Made by a program: the position numbers and the translations under genes. From assembly GCA_963845065.1 (NCBI GenBank), contig CAWJQQ010000001.1, positions 1,088,001 to 1,152,000 of the forward strand: 64,000 nucleotides of DNA. Direction: 5' to 3'. Origin of the DNA: Nitrospirota bacterium. Its GTDB lineage: Bacteria > Nitrospirota > UBA9217. Shown here piece by piece: positions 37,855 through 48,394 of this stretch. Under the pieces are notes generated by a model that worked only from the letters and a program-made list of their open reading frames with translations, ran no database searches and was not told where the DNA came from. The stretch's first letter is position 1. Every line of letters begins with the position of its first letter.

Positions 37855-38865
37855 GTGAGACAGGCACTTTTTCAGGAACCGCGGGAAAACAAGAAGGTGC
37901 AATGTAGTTTGTGCAGCCATCGTTGCGTCATCGATCCAGGAAAACGCGGCATTTGCACCGTTCGCGAGAACTGTGACGGTATTCTATATAGCCTCGTGTA
38001 CGATAAGGTGATCGTTCGGAATATCGATCCTATCGAGAAAAAGCCGCTTTTCCATTTCCTGCCGGGCAGCAGATCATATTCCATTGCTACTCCAGGATGT
38101 AACTTCCGTTGTAAAAATTGCCAGAACGCCGATATCTCCCAGCTTCCGCATGACCGTGGAGGTGTGATCGTCGGAGAGAACATCTCTCCCAGCTCGATCG
38201 TTGAGGCAGCCCGGGCACAGGGTTGCGCAAGCATTTCCTATACATATACCGAGCCGACGATCTTTTTTGAATTGGCCTACGACACAGCGCGGCTTGCTGT
38301 AGAGGCAGGCCTTAAGAACGTTTTCGTAACGAACGGTTATAGTACGCCCGAGGCACTAAAGGTCATCCGGCCTTATCTCCATGCTGTAAACGTCGACCTC
38401 AAAGGATTCAGTGATGAATTCTACAAGCGTATCTGCGGTGCACGGCTCCAACCAGTATTGGACGCTATAAGACTCTACAAGGAATTCGGCATCTGGATTG
38501 AGATCACAACATTGGTTATTCCTGGCCATAATGATTTGGATGAGCAACTGACCTCAATTGCGCAGTTCATAAAATCGGTAGACGAATCAATCCCGTGGCA
38601 CGTATCCAGGTTCCATCCCGCATACAAGCTCGTTGACCAGCCCATTACGCCTCTCACTACACTCGAGCGCGCGCGTAAAATCGGTATGGATTCAGGGCTA
38701 CTGCATGTTTACGAAGGTAATGTCCCTGGACAGGGTGAAAACACAATCTGCCCCAATTGCAAGCAAACGATTGTTAAACGTATTGGTTTCACGGTGCTGG
38801 AAAGCAAAATTACTGACGGAATGTGCGGATACTGCCAGACGCGAATCGCTGGAGTTTGGCAGTGA
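37855..38865 (+). CDS. amrS: AmmeMemoRadiSam system radical SAM enzyme
   Basis: C.LC.H.C...G.C.VREN, DPIEKKPLFHF, CNFRCKNCQN, YTYTEP, SRFHP. Confidence 0.92.
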   Translation: MRQALFQEPRENKKVQCSLCSHRCVIDPGKRGICTVRENCDGILYSLVYDKVIVRNIDPIEKKPLFHFLPGSRSYSIATPGCNFRCKNCQNADISQLPHDRGGVIVGENISPSSIVEAARAQGCASISYTYTEPTIFFELAYDTARLAVEAGLKNVFVTNGYSTPEALKVIRPYLHAVNVDLKGFSDEFYKRICGARLQPVLDAIRLYKEFGIWIEITTLVIPGHNDLDEQLTSIAQFIKSVDESIPWHVSRFHPAYKLVDQPITPLTTLERARKIGMDSGLLHVYEGNVPGQGENTICPNCKQTIVKRIGFTVLESKITDGMCGYCQTRIAGVWQ

Positions 38866-38908
38866 TTTGGCTTCTAAAGACGTCGGTAGCAGTAAGGGGA
38901 AAAGTTTT

Positions 38909-39325
38909 GTGAAATCAAAATGTGAAACGTTTGCACACGAATCCGATATAGGCATCCGCGGTTACGGCAATACTCTAGAAGAGGCTTTTGAAAATGCAGC
39001 TATGGCGATGTATTCCGTCATGGTAAGGGTCGATAAGGTTAAACCCTTGGCGCCGAGAGAGGTGACTGCTTCGGCACCTGACGGGGAAATGCTATTGGTA
39101 GAATGGTTGAATGCGCTTTTGTCTTTGTCTGATGTTGAACGAATGGTTTACTCGAAGTTTATGGTGAAGATTGAGGGGACATTGCTTACAGGCACAGCAT
39201 GGGGTGAAAAGCTGGACCAAACTCGGCATCAACCGAATGTGGAAGTGAAAGGTGCCACCTACCATATGCTGAAAGTGTACAAAGATGGCGATTCGTATGT
39301 AGCACAATGTGTAGTTGATGTTTAA
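38909..39325 (+). CDS. Archease
   Basis: FAHESDIGI, AFENAA.A, LLVEWLN, EVKGATYH, VVDV C-terminus; upstream of rtcB. Confidence 0.92.
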   Translation: MKSKCETFAHESDIGIRGYGNTLEEAFENAAMAMYSVMVRVDKVKPLAPREVTASAPDGEMLLVEWLNALLSLSDVERMVYSKFMVKIEGTLLTGTAWGEKLDQTRHQPNVEVKGATYHMLKVYKDGDSYVAQCVVDV

Positions 39326-39382
39326 AATTGCGAAATTAAAAAATTACAGATAAATAAATTAGGTAAGGTTTCGCACCGCTCT

Positions 39383-40828
39383 ATGGGGACGCAGGAAGTG
39401 GATCCTAAATCATTCCATAAGGTCAACGATTTTCTCTGGGAAATACCGCAGCATGGAGAGATGCAGGTTCCTGGCAGGATATTTGCCAGCGAGAAGCTCA
39501 TCCTGGAAATGGACGAGAAAGTAAGAGAGCAGGTGACTAACGTTGCCATGCTGCCGGGCATTCAGGTCGCCTCTTTCGCGATGCCTGATGCACACTGGGG
39601 CTACGGTTTTCCTATAGGTGGGGTAGCTGCGTTTGATCCTGATGAGGGCGGAATCATATCCATGGGGGGTGTAGGCTTCGATATTTCCTGCGGTGTACGC
39701 ACTATGAAGACGGGCATGACCTACGATGAAGTAAAGCCACGCCTCAAAACACTTGTTGACCAGTTTTTCATTCGCGTGCCTGCAGGTGTAGGATCAGAGG
39801 GGCTTATCAAACTGTCTCCCGGTCAGATAGATGAAATGCTTATGGGTGGTGCTGTGTGGGCAATCAAGAAGGGCTACGGCGTCAAGGATGACCTCGACTA
39901 TATAGAAGAGCGCGGACGAGTGGAAGGTGCAGAGCCGGAACATGTCTCCGACATGGCCAAAAAACGCCAGTACCGTGAGATGGGTACGCTTGGCTCAGGT
40001 AACCATTATCTCGAAGTTCAGGTAGTCTCAGAGGTTTACGATGAACAGGCTGCGCTGGCCATGAGCTTGAGAAGGGATGACGTCATAATTACAGTCCACT
40101 GCGGATCGCGCGGACTTGGTCATCAAATCGGGACAGACTATTTAAAGAGTCTTGCTAATGCAGCACATCGGTTTAAGCTGCCCATCAGGGACCGTGAACT
40201 CGTTTCAGCACCCATAGAATCACCGGAAGGCAAAAGGTACTTCGGCGCCATGAACGCAGGCATCAACTGCGCGCTCGCAAACCGCCAGATCATCACCCAC
40301 CTTGTAAGGGAGATATTTACCGAGGTTTTCCCCGAGGGGCACATCAATATGCTCTACGACATTAGCCACAACACCTGTAAAGTGGAAACACATGTGATTA
40401 ACGGGAAGAAGAAAAGACTTTATGTTCATCGCAAGGGTGCCACACGGTCCTTCGGTCCTGGCCAGATGGACATTCCGCTAGATTACCGTCATATTGGCCA
40501 ACCTGTACTCATTGGCGGAACGATGGGGACTTCATCCTATATCTTAGTAGGAACAGACTCAGGCATGCATACCGCCTTCGGGTCTGCTTGCCACGGCGCG
40601 GGAAGGGCTATGTCACGGACTCAAGCCAAAAGGAAGTGGCATGGCAGGGACGTCATTCGAATCCTCGAGGAGCAGGGCGTCATGATACGTGGACATTCAT
40701 ATTCCGGTATTGCAGAAGAAGCACCAGACTCCTATAAAGATGTGACAGAGGTTATAGAGGCAGCGCACGAGGCAGGCCTTGCACGCAAGGTTGTGCGGGT
40801 TAAGCCGGTTGCCTGTGTCAAAGGATAG
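39383..40828 (+). CDS. rtcB: RNA-splicing ligase RtcB (archaeal/eukaryotic type)
   Basis: MPDAHWGYGFPIGGV, GFDISCG, GSGNHY, HCGSRG, SHN, HRKGAT, HGAGR. Confidence 0.96.
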   Translation: MGTQEVDPKSFHKVNDFLWEIPQHGEMQVPGRIFASEKLILEMDEKVREQVTNVAMLPGIQVASFAMPDAHWGYGFPIGGVAAFDPDEGGIISMGGVGFDISCGVRTMKTGMTYDEVKPRLKTLVDQFFIRVPAGVGSEGLIKLSPGQIDEMLMGGAVWAIKKGYGVKDDLDYIEERGRVEGAEPEHVSDMAKKRQYREMGTLGSGNHYLEVQVVSEVYDEQAALAMSLRRDDVIITVHCGSRGLGHQIGTDYLKSLANAAHRFKLPIRDRELVSAPIESPEGKRYFGAMNAGINCALANRQIITHLVREIFTEVFPEGHINMLYDISHNTCKVETHVINGKKKRLYVHRKGATRSFGPGQMDIPLDYRHIGQPVLIGGTMGTSSYILVGTDSGMHTAFGSACHGAGRAMSRTQAKRKWHGRDVIRILEEQGVMIRGHSYSGIAEEAPDSYKDVTEVIEAAHEAGLARKVVRVKPVACVKG

Positions 40829-40887
40829 GGGGCCTTGATAGTCGAGATTTATCACTCCCATCAAGAAGGCCCCACATAAATTATGTA

Positions 40888-41179
40888 TTGAAGGAAATAG
40901 ACTCTCCCGACTACAAAGGCCGAACATTCAATAAGATGATTAACAATGGTTCGAAGGGGCAGTATGCTTCGTAGAGCATCGGATAAACTCAGATGGGATG
41001 GCATCCCAGAACAGGTTATTCCGAGCTTTCACACATCCACTGCCTGTACGGTCCATTCCCTGGTCGATGCCAACATTCGACAAGGTAAAATATTTTGTTG
41101 TCCGCACTGCGAAGTTAATGAATATGCCGACAAGGATGTTGCGGACACTATCGGTAATTACCTTTTTGCTGAGACCTAA
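40888..41179 (+). pseudogene. Frameshifted C-terminal relic of a divergent TnpB-like protein
   Basis: SPDYKGRTFNKMINNGSKGQY / RRASDKLRWDGIP..IPSFHTSTAC...FCCPHC...YAD matches the TnpB TS..C / F.C..C / .AD layout. Confidence 0.6.
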
Positions 41180-41370
41180 CCCGATACGGCAAGTGACATA
41201 GCATCACCCAAAGGGTTGGCTAGACGCAAGGAACGACCTTTTTTTCCTGCGGGAGCATTCACTCTAGGAGAACAACCATCTCGTTCCATAGTTTATTTCT
41301 AATCACAGAGACAACCTTTCTTCCCTCGACAAATCACATAGAATACTTTAATATTATTCGTGCGAAGTCT

Positions 41371-43818
41371 ATGGACGATCTGAAAACTATATTAAACCGG
41401 ATCAGGAAGCCACTTGCTTTTGCAAGCAAGGACAATTTTGCGCATCTGCACAGTCTTGCTGCTCTGGAGCCGTTTATTCGGACGCAGGTAGAAGAGTTGA
41501 AGCGTTTTTTAGAAGAACGACGCGAGATATCAGATATTGAAAGCCTGTTTATTGGCTTTGACGATTTGCTCCCCGGTGTGAAGAAAGAGCGCATTATAAG
41601 GGCATGTGCGGTGATAGATTCTCTCGAGTTGGATAAACGAGCACCGACTCCTAAAAACTATACGCCTTCTCCAATACCTATTGTTTCGCCAATGATGTCG
41701 GAACCATCCACATCACTCCGGCTCGATACCCCAATTCAATATTGCAAGGGCATTGGGCCGAAAAAGGCGGAAATGCTTCGGAAACTCGGCCTTTCCACGG
41801 TTGAAGATGCGCTGGAATACTTTCCCTGGCGTTACGAGGACCGTGGCAATCTCAAGAAAATCGGCAGTATTGCGTACGGATCATATGAGACCGTCTCCGG
41901 GGAGGTTGTATCTGCAGAAGTCATCTCTACCAAACGAAGGCGAGTGAAGGTATTTGAGCTCCTGATTACGGATAAAAGCGGCAAGCTGGTCGGTTCCTGG
42001 TTCAATCAGCCTTATATGCAAAAGATGTTTAAAAAAGGTCAGAGAGTCATCCTCTCCGGCGTTGTCAAGTCAAACCCGTATAAAGGCGGTTTTGCGCAGA
42101 TAGATAATCCTGATTATGAAATCATGGATAATGATGAGACAGATAATCTTATCCACACCGGCAGGACCGTTCCCATCTATAGGACCACTGCAGGATTGTC
42201 TGTCCGCTATCTTCGCAGTATGATGAAGACCATCCTTGATTCATGTAGCACTACTATGCTGGAAATGCTACCTCAGGAAATCGTTAACAAATATTCTCTT
42301 ATGCCCGTTCCGGATGCTTACTATGAAGTACATTTCCCAACATTCGAAAAAAACATTTCTGTTTTAAATCGTGGTATGAGCGCGGCCCATCGCAGACTAA
42401 GCTTTGAAGAACTTTTTGTCCTTGAGCTGGGGCTTGCGCTCAGAAAACGGAGTGTAGTCAAGGAAAAGAAGGGGATCTCATTCAAACCGGTGGACAGGCT
42501 GGAAGCCGAACTGAAGAAAAATTTACCTTTTAAATTGACAGGCGCCCAGGAGCGCGTGATCGCGGAGATCAAGCGAGATATGACCGCTGAGCGGCCCATG
42601 AACCGGTTGGTGCAGGGCGACGTGGGATCCGGCAAGACCGTTGTTGCCATGATTGCTTCACTTCTTGCTATTGAGAATGCGTATCAGACGTGCATCATGG
42701 CGCCAACTGAGATTCTCGCAGAGCAGCATTACAAAAATTTGACGGTTATGGCGCAACCCCTCGACGTTACTGTGCGATCACTCACCAGCAACCTTAAAAA
42801 AAAAGAAAAAGAAGCAGTTCTCGCCGATATCGAGTCCGGGACTGCACAGATCGTCGTCGGGACACATGCGCTCATCGAAGCGCAGGTAAAGTTCAAACGG
42901 CTTGGCCTTGCCATAATAGACGAACAGCATCGGTTCGGTGTAATGCAACGATCAACGCTTACGTCCAAGGGGTACAAAACGGATGTACTGGTCATGACCG
43001 CGACGCCAATACCGCGCACCCTGGCTATAACGGTCTATGGCGACCTTGACGTGTCCGTAATCGATGAAATGCCCTCGGGCAGGAGCCCGGTCATTACCCG
43101 GCTTTATTTTGAGAGCAAACGGAGCGAAGCGTATAATTTTCTAGAAAGTGAACTCGAAAAAGGCGGTCAGGTCTATGTGGTCTATCCACTCGTGGAAGAA
43201 AGCGAAAAGAGCGATCTCAAGGCTGCCACAGAGATGGCAGCCTATATGCAAAAAGACATCTTCCCTCACTGGAAAATCGGGTTGTTGCATGGAAGGATGA
43301 AGAGGAATGAGAAAGAGTCGGTCATGGCATCTTTCAAGGCTGGCGCAATCAACATCCTCGTTTCGACCACGGTGATCGAAGTCGGCGTGGACGTACCGAA
43401 CGCTACAGTCATGGTGATCGAGCACCCTGAGCGTTTCGGCCTAGCACAGCTTCACCAGTTGCGCGGACGTGTAGGGCGGGGTGGCCACCAGTCATACTGT
43501 ATTCTCATGGGGCCGCGAATGTTTGCTGTGGAAGCACGGGAACGTCTCACGGTTTTCAGCAGAACGAACGACGGCTTTAAAATCGCCGAGGAGGACCTTC
43601 GTCTGAGAGGCCCTGGAGATTTTTTTGGAACACGTCAATCAGGACTTCCGGACCTGCGTGCCGCAAACCTTATTCGCGACGCTGATTTACTCGAAACAAC
43701 AAGAATGGAAGCGTTCAACCTCCTTCTCCGCGATTCACAGCTTGCTCAGTATCCCAAACTTCGTGAACTACTGAAAAGGAAGTGGCAAGGAAAACTCGGT
43801 CTTATTGACGTGGGTTGA
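41371..43818 (+). CDS. recG: ATP-dependent DNA helicase
   Basis: QGDVGSGKT, DEQHRFG, MTATPIPRT, QLRGRVGR, EEDLRLRGPG. Confidence 0.97.
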   Translation: MDDLKTILNRIRKPLAFASKDNFAHLHSLAALEPFIRTQVEELKRFLEERREISDIESLFIGFDDLLPGVKKERIIRACAVIDSLELDKRAPTPKNYTPSPIPIVSPMMSEPSTSLRLDTPIQYCKGIGPKKAEMLRKLGLSTVEDALEYFPWRYEDRGNLKKIGSIAYGSYETVSGEVVSAEVISTKRRRVKVFELLITDKSGKLVGSWFNQPYMQKMFKKGQRVILSGVVKSNPYKGGFAQIDNPDYEIMDNDETDNLIHTGRTVPIYRTTAGLSVRYLRSMMKTILDSCSTTMLEMLPQEIVNKYSLMPVPDAYYEVHFPTFEKNISVLNRGMSAAHRRLSFEELFVLELGLALRKRSVVKEKKGISFKPVDRLEAELKKNLPFKLTGAQERVIAEIKRDMTAERPMNRLVQGDVGSGKTVVAMIASLLAIENAYQTCIMAPTEILAEQHYKNLTVMAQPLDVTVRSLTSNLKKKEKEAVLADIESGTAQIVVGTHALIEAQVKFKRLGLAIIDEQHRFGVMQRSTLTSKGYKTDVLVMTATPIPRTLAITVYGDLDVSVIDEMPSGRSPVITRLYFESKRSEAYNFLESELEKGGQVYVVYPLVEESEKSDLKAATEMAAYMQKDIFPHWKIGLLHGRMKRNEKESVMASFKAGAINILVSTTVIEVGVDVPNATVMVIEHPERFGLAQLHQLRGRVGRGGHQSYCILMGPRMFAVEARERLTVFSRTNDGFKIAEEDLRLRGPGDFFGTRQSGLPDLRAANLIRDADLLETTRMEAFNLLLRDSQLAQYPKLRELLKRKWQGKLGLIDVG

Positions 43819-43939
43819 TATTTCCACGCCATTCTGATACATTAACATTACGAGGCTCGAGACATGTGGTGATGGATCAGGGGATGGAAGGAGCATTATT
43901 AATTGTAACAAGGCACGCTATTCGTCTCAAGGAGTTATC

Positions 43940-44308
43940 ATGAACATATGGGAAAGAGTTGTCCTGAACATGCAGAAAGGGGCGAAGAATGTCGCTGCCA
44001 CAGCCGCAACCTTCTCCGAACGAGTAAGGGTCGAAGTCGCAATCGTGCGACTTCGACTGCGCATCGATGAAGTCACTTCTAGAATCGCTGAGCTGCACAG
44101 GACGGTTGGTCGGAAGCTAGTAGATCTGCAAAAAAAAAATGCCTTGCCCAAGACGACTGATCAACTGCTCAAAGATGAGGATATCGTTGCAGCCATTGTC
44201 GAACTTGCTGACCGAGAACAGGAGATCGAGGAATTGAATAAGGAAATTAAAAACATCCAGACCGACTTTAAAACGACCATCCGGCAAACGGAGGATAGAA
44301 TAGTATGA
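43940..44308 (+). CDS. Hypothetical coiled-coil protein
   Basis: SD AAGGAG, helical charged 122-aa ORF overlapping the pilD start (ATGA). Confidence 0.7.
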   Translation: MNIWERVVLNMQKGAKNVAATAATFSERVRVEVAIVRLRLRIDEVTSRIAELHRTVGRKLVDLQKKNALPKTTDQLLKDEDIVAAIVELADREQEIEELNKEIKNIQTDFKTTIRQTEDRIV

Positions 44309-45132
44309 TCTCTATTGTAATACTCTTTTTCGGCCTCATCGTCGGCAGCTTTCTGAACGTCTGCATAGTGCGTTTGCCTCGCGGTCGGTCCATCGCAAAC
44401 CCGCCATCGCACTGCCCCCAGTGCCGGAATCCGATCAGATATTACGACAATATACCGATTATCAGTTTCATTATCCTGTGGGGAAAATGTAGAAGCTGCG
44501 GAGAACCGATTTCTTGGCGCTATCCGATAGTCGAATTGTTGAACGGGCTGTTCTACGTCTGGATCGTGAATGAATTCGGACTAAGCGGAGAAGCAGGCCT
44601 CATGATGGCTTTCTGCTCGTCGCTCATTGTCATAACCTTTATCGATTTCGACCACCAGATCATCCCTGACGTGATCACGATTCCGGGGATGCTCATCGGT
44701 CTATCGCTAGCTCCGTTTTTTATGTACCCTCTTACAGACCAGTTACCGTTTCATCTTAACCGGCTACTGCCTCATGCGGGGCCTTATCTCGTAGCGTTCA
44801 TGAATTCCCTCATCGGGCTCGTTCTCGGAGGCGGGCCGCTTCTTGCAATCGGCTGGGTATGGGAGAAGCTCAGGCACATCGAAGCAATGGGTGGCGGCGA
44901 TGTGAAGCTCATGGGCATGGTTGGGAGCTTCCTCGGCTGGAAGGGTGCACTGCTCACTATCATGCTCGGTGCAGTGGTCGGCTCAGTCGTCGGTGTTCTG
45001 TTGATTCTTTTGAAACGACACAAAATGGAGAAAGTCATACCGTTTGGTCCGTTTCTGGCTCTTGGTGCCGTGACAGCTGCTTTCTACGGTACAGATATCA
45101 TATCGTGGTACCTCAGTATGATTCGCATATGA
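44305..45132 (+). CDS. pilD: Prepilin peptidase
   Basis: GSFLNV...RLP, CPQC, CRSC, FID, MGGGDVKL, PFGPFL. Confidence 0.95.
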   Translation: MISIVILFFGLIVGSFLNVCIVRLPRGRSIANPPSHCPQCRNPIRYYDNIPIISFIILWGKCRSCGEPISWRYPIVELLNGLFYVWIVNEFGLSGEAGLMMAFCSSLIVITFIDFDHQIIPDVITIPGMLIGLSLAPFFMYPLTDQLPFHLNRLLPHAGPYLVAFMNSLIGLVLGGGPLLAIGWVWEKLRHIEAMGGGDVKLMGMVGSFLGWKGALLTIMLGAVVGSVVGVLLILLKRHKMEKVIPFGPFLALGAVTAAFYGTDIISWYLSMIRI

Positions 45133-46388
45133 CCCGCCTAACTTTACTGATATTGTTACCTGCAGCTCTGATAATCATATTCGCGTCCTATGTACTTTGG
45201 AGCGCAACGCGACGTTTTCGGAGCGAATTTGGCAAGAAGACCGAGAAACATCAAAAGATCACCGACACGACATTCATCATCAATGCCTTTCAGGATGTCA
45301 CGAGACAACTCAAAGAAAACGAAAAAGAGCTTCAGCGGCTCAAGGCAGTTGCTGAACATCGTGCCGAGAACGTTGAAAGCTACAATGAAAATATTCTTCA
45401 ATGCGTTACGAGTGGAGTAATGTCTTTTGATATTCAGTGCCGGTTGATTACTATCAATCGCGCAGCGCAGGAAACGCTTGCCCTCAACCGCGTTCAGGTC
45501 ATAGGCAAAACCTCCCGGGACATCTTCGGCGCTGGCGATATCACCAAAGCAGTCCACGCTACGCTCGAACGCAAAATTCCCTCTGCCCGCATGGAGGCGA
45601 TGCTTTACCATGCAGGCAACCAGCTCTGGCTCGGTTACAATACGGCAGTGCTCACCGACAGGCATAATGCGGCTATCGGCGTGATTCTTTCGTTTACGGA
45701 CCTCACGGAAGTCAAGCGGCTTCAGGAGCAGGTGGAATTGAGGGAGAGGCTGACGGCGCTAGGTGAGATGTCCGCTGGTATTGCGCATGAACTGCGGAAC
45801 CCCATGGCGGTCATATCGGGCTATCTTAGCCTTCTTTCCAAGAGAACCGACCTCATCGGACAGGAAGTAATCCGAAAAACGATGGATGAAATCAACGGAA
45901 TGAACCGGATCATCGGTGATCTTTTGACTTTTGCACGGCCAGCATCTTTGAACCGTGTGAGTGTAAATAGCAAAGAGTTAATCGAAAGCTGTCTCGCAGC
46001 GGTAATCAAGGCCAAAGATATGGGACCCCGTCTCACAACTTCCATAAAGCTTGACGACATCCAGATATCATGCGATGAAGTACTTATGCGCCAGGCATTC
46101 AGCAACGTGATACAGAATGCAATCGAGTCCATGCTAGACGGAGGCAACCTTGTTATCGAAAGTAAAAGCGGAAAAGATCTGAAAATTATTATTCATGATA
46201 CAGGAATTGGCATCCCCTCCGATAACCTAAAAAAAATATTCCTCCCTTTTTATACAACCAAGGATTCGGGAGTGGGCTTGGGGCTTGCTCTTGCGCACAA
46301 GATCATAACCTCTCATGGTGGGAGGATAGAAGTGGAAAGCAAAATGGGGCAGGGCACGACATTCACGGTGTTGATTCCGGTGAGGTAG
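45129..46388 (+). CDS. PAS-domain sensor histidine kinase (PilS/NtrB-like)
   Basis: Single TM, PAS, AHELRNP, DTGIGI, FYTTK, GVGLGL. Confidence 0.9.
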   Translation: MTRLTLLILLPAALIIIFASYVLWSATRRFRSEFGKKTEKHQKITDTTFIINAFQDVTRQLKENEKELQRLKAVAEHRAENVESYNENILQCVTSGVMSFDIQCRLITINRAAQETLALNRVQVIGKTSRDIFGAGDITKAVHATLERKIPSARMEAMLYHAGNQLWLGYNTAVLTDRHNAAIGVILSFTDLTEVKRLQEQVELRERLTALGEMSAGIAHELRNPMAVISGYLSLLSKRTDLIGQEVIRKTMDEINGMNRIIGDLLTFARPASLNRVSVNSKELIESCLAAVIKAKDMGPRLTTSIKLDDIQISCDEVLMRQAFSNVIQNAIESMLDGGNLVIESKSGKDLKIIIHDTGIGIPSDNLKKIFLPFYTTKDSGVGLGLALAHKIITSHGGRIEVESKMGQGTTFTVLIPVR

Positions 46389-46395
46389 CGTTACT

Positions 46396-47781
46396 ATGGG
46401 GGATACGATACTCGTCGTCGAAGACAAGGAGAGCATGCTTGAAATGCTCAAACAAACACTCGAGGCGGAAGGCTATCAGGTGATATCTGCCAGGGACGGC
46501 AGTGAGGGTATTAGGAAGCTTTCTGATGAACGGATCGGGCTTGTGGTCACGGATCTTAAGCTGCCGAAGAAGGACGGCTTCGATGTTCTGAAAGCCGTGA
46601 AGCAGGAAAACCCTCTTCTTCCAGTCATCGTCATGACTGCTTTCGGTACTATCGAAACAGCCGTGCGAGCAGTCAAGGATGGAGCTTATGATTTCTTGAC
46701 CAAACCCTTTGATACCGACCACATGCTCGTTCTCATCAAGCGGGCACTCGATACGACTCGTCTCGCGGCCGAGAATATTCTGCTCAAAGAAGAATTTTCA
46801 GAGAAACTGGGCATGCCAAAGATCATCGGCAAGAGCAGCCAGATGCAGGAGATCACGTCTAAGATCCAGAAAGTCGCACCCACTAACGCTACAGTCCTGA
46901 TCTATGGCGAAAGCGGCACCGGTAAAGAACTCTTCGCGCGCGCAATTCATTACCTGAGCCAGCGCAAGGATGCACCGTTTATCGCTATCAATTCCGCTGC
47001 AATACCTCGAGAACTGCTCGAAAGCGAGTTGTTCGGTTACGAACGGGGTGCATTCACGGGAGCAGACGCCCGAAAACTGGGAAAGCTTGAACTTGCGAAC
47101 AACGGGACGGTATTCCTCGACGAGATCGGTGACATGGACCTGGCACTTCAGGCAAAATTGCTTCGCGTGCTGCAGGAACAGGTGATTGATCGCGTGGGAG
47201 GCGGAAAACCGATCAAGATCGACGTCCGTGTTGTTGCGGCAACGAATAAGGACTTAGTTAAAGCAGTGGCAGCAAAGGTGTTCCGCGATGACCTGTTTTA
47301 TCGCCTTAATGTGTTTCCTATTACAATATCTCCCCTTCGGGAACGGAGGGACGATATTCCTGCTCTGTCACAGAATTTCTTGAACAAATATACAGCGGAA
47401 GTGCGAAAAGGCCCGCTTGTAATCTCTGACGATGCCATGGACATCTTAATGAAGTCCCCCTGGAAGGGCAATGTAAGGGAACTGGAAAATGTCATTGAGC
47501 GCGCCGTGATTTACGCAGATGGTGGTATAATCCGCTCTCAGGACCTCGGCATCAATGAATCAAACATTATCGATGCTCTCGCGGAGCACGTGCCAATGGA
47601 CGGCCCTCTCCATCAAGTTGCTGAAGCAGCAACGCGTATAGCTGAGTCGCGCAGGATTAGACAGGTGCTCAAACAGACGGGTGGGAATAAGTCCCGGGCT
47701 GCTGAGGTCCTCCAGGTGAGCTATAAGACCTTACTTACAAAAATAAAGGATTATCAGCTAGAAGATAAAACAGAGAATTAG
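46396..47781 (+). CDS. Sigma54-dependent response regulator (PilR/NtrC-like)
   Basis: Receiver, GESGTGKE, GAFTGA, FLDEI, HTH. Confidence 0.93.
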   Translation: MGDTILVVEDKESMLEMLKQTLEAEGYQVISARDGSEGIRKLSDERIGLVVTDLKLPKKDGFDVLKAVKQENPLLPVIVMTAFGTIETAVRAVKDGAYDFLTKPFDTDHMLVLIKRALDTTRLAAENILLKEEFSEKLGMPKIIGKSSQMQEITSKIQKVAPTNATVLIYGESGTGKELFARAIHYLSQRKDAPFIAINSAAIPRELLESELFGYERGAFTGADARKLGKLELANNGTVFLDEIGDMDLALQAKLLRVLQEQVIDRVGGGKPIKIDVRVVAATNKDLVKAVAAKVFRDDLFYRLNVFPITISPLRERRDDIPALSQNFLNKYTAEVRKGPLVISDDAMDILMKSPWKGNVRELENVIERAVIYADGGIIRSQDLGINESNIIDALAEHVPMDGPLHQVAEAATRIAESRRIRQVLKQTGGNKSRAAEVLQVSYKTLLTKIKDYQLEDKTEN

Positions 47782-47824
47782 CTGTGAGAATATTAGAAAT
47801 CAGCGCGGAAAACCACATATGCAT

Positions 47825-48394
47825 GAGCGTGGCAGTGCGTCAGAGAGATTTTACCATTTGCGTCGTAAAATCCCGTTTCTCTTCAGGGCATGGGTATACG
47901 GTGCTGGCTGCGAAGCAGCCAAAGAATGGATATTTTAATGTTTAATGATAGATTGACAATTGTTCTGACAATTGTTCACCTATTTACATTAATTTCCAAA
48001 CCGGAATCATATGTATCCGCGTTATAGAAGAAAAGAAGCACTACACGAACCATAACTGCTGTGTATATAATAAAAGGTATAAGGCTAGCCGTGTGCATCG
48101 TGGCCTCTACGTTTGTAAGCATTGCGGTGCCGTAATCCATGCTGATGTAAACGGCGCAATCAATATTCTTAAAAAGTCTCTTCCGGCGCAAATAAGAGTC
48201 TCTTGGAGTAGTGGCTGCCTGGCATACCTTCGGTCAACCGACGCGCCTGGAGAAAAACCAGGCCAGCAGCATCAGCACATAAAACCGGAACGTGGCAAAC
48301 ATCTCTGTCGCATCCGAAAACAGAATTAATGATGGCTCTCAGTAGTAGAGTCCGATTCAGGAATCCACGAATTTCAGGCCGGTCAGGATGTCAA
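47825..48394 (+). mobile_element. 570-bp internally deleted derivative of the IS1341-type element at 23266-24962
   Basis: Homologous left end (GAGCGTGGCAGTGC, GCGAAGCA, TTGACAATTGTTC), tnpB 3' tail (YVCKHCGAVIHADVNGAINIL..SWSSGCLA), right end GAATCC...GGATGTCAA. Confidence 0.8.

Noticed and set aside
44859..45128. N-terminal extensions given by the ORF track (kinase 44859, archease 38633, lepB 28381, hypC 8534, ligA 48402)
   Set aside because: They overlap upstream genes or mobile DNA, or precede the family's conserved N-terminus; downstream starts fit better.
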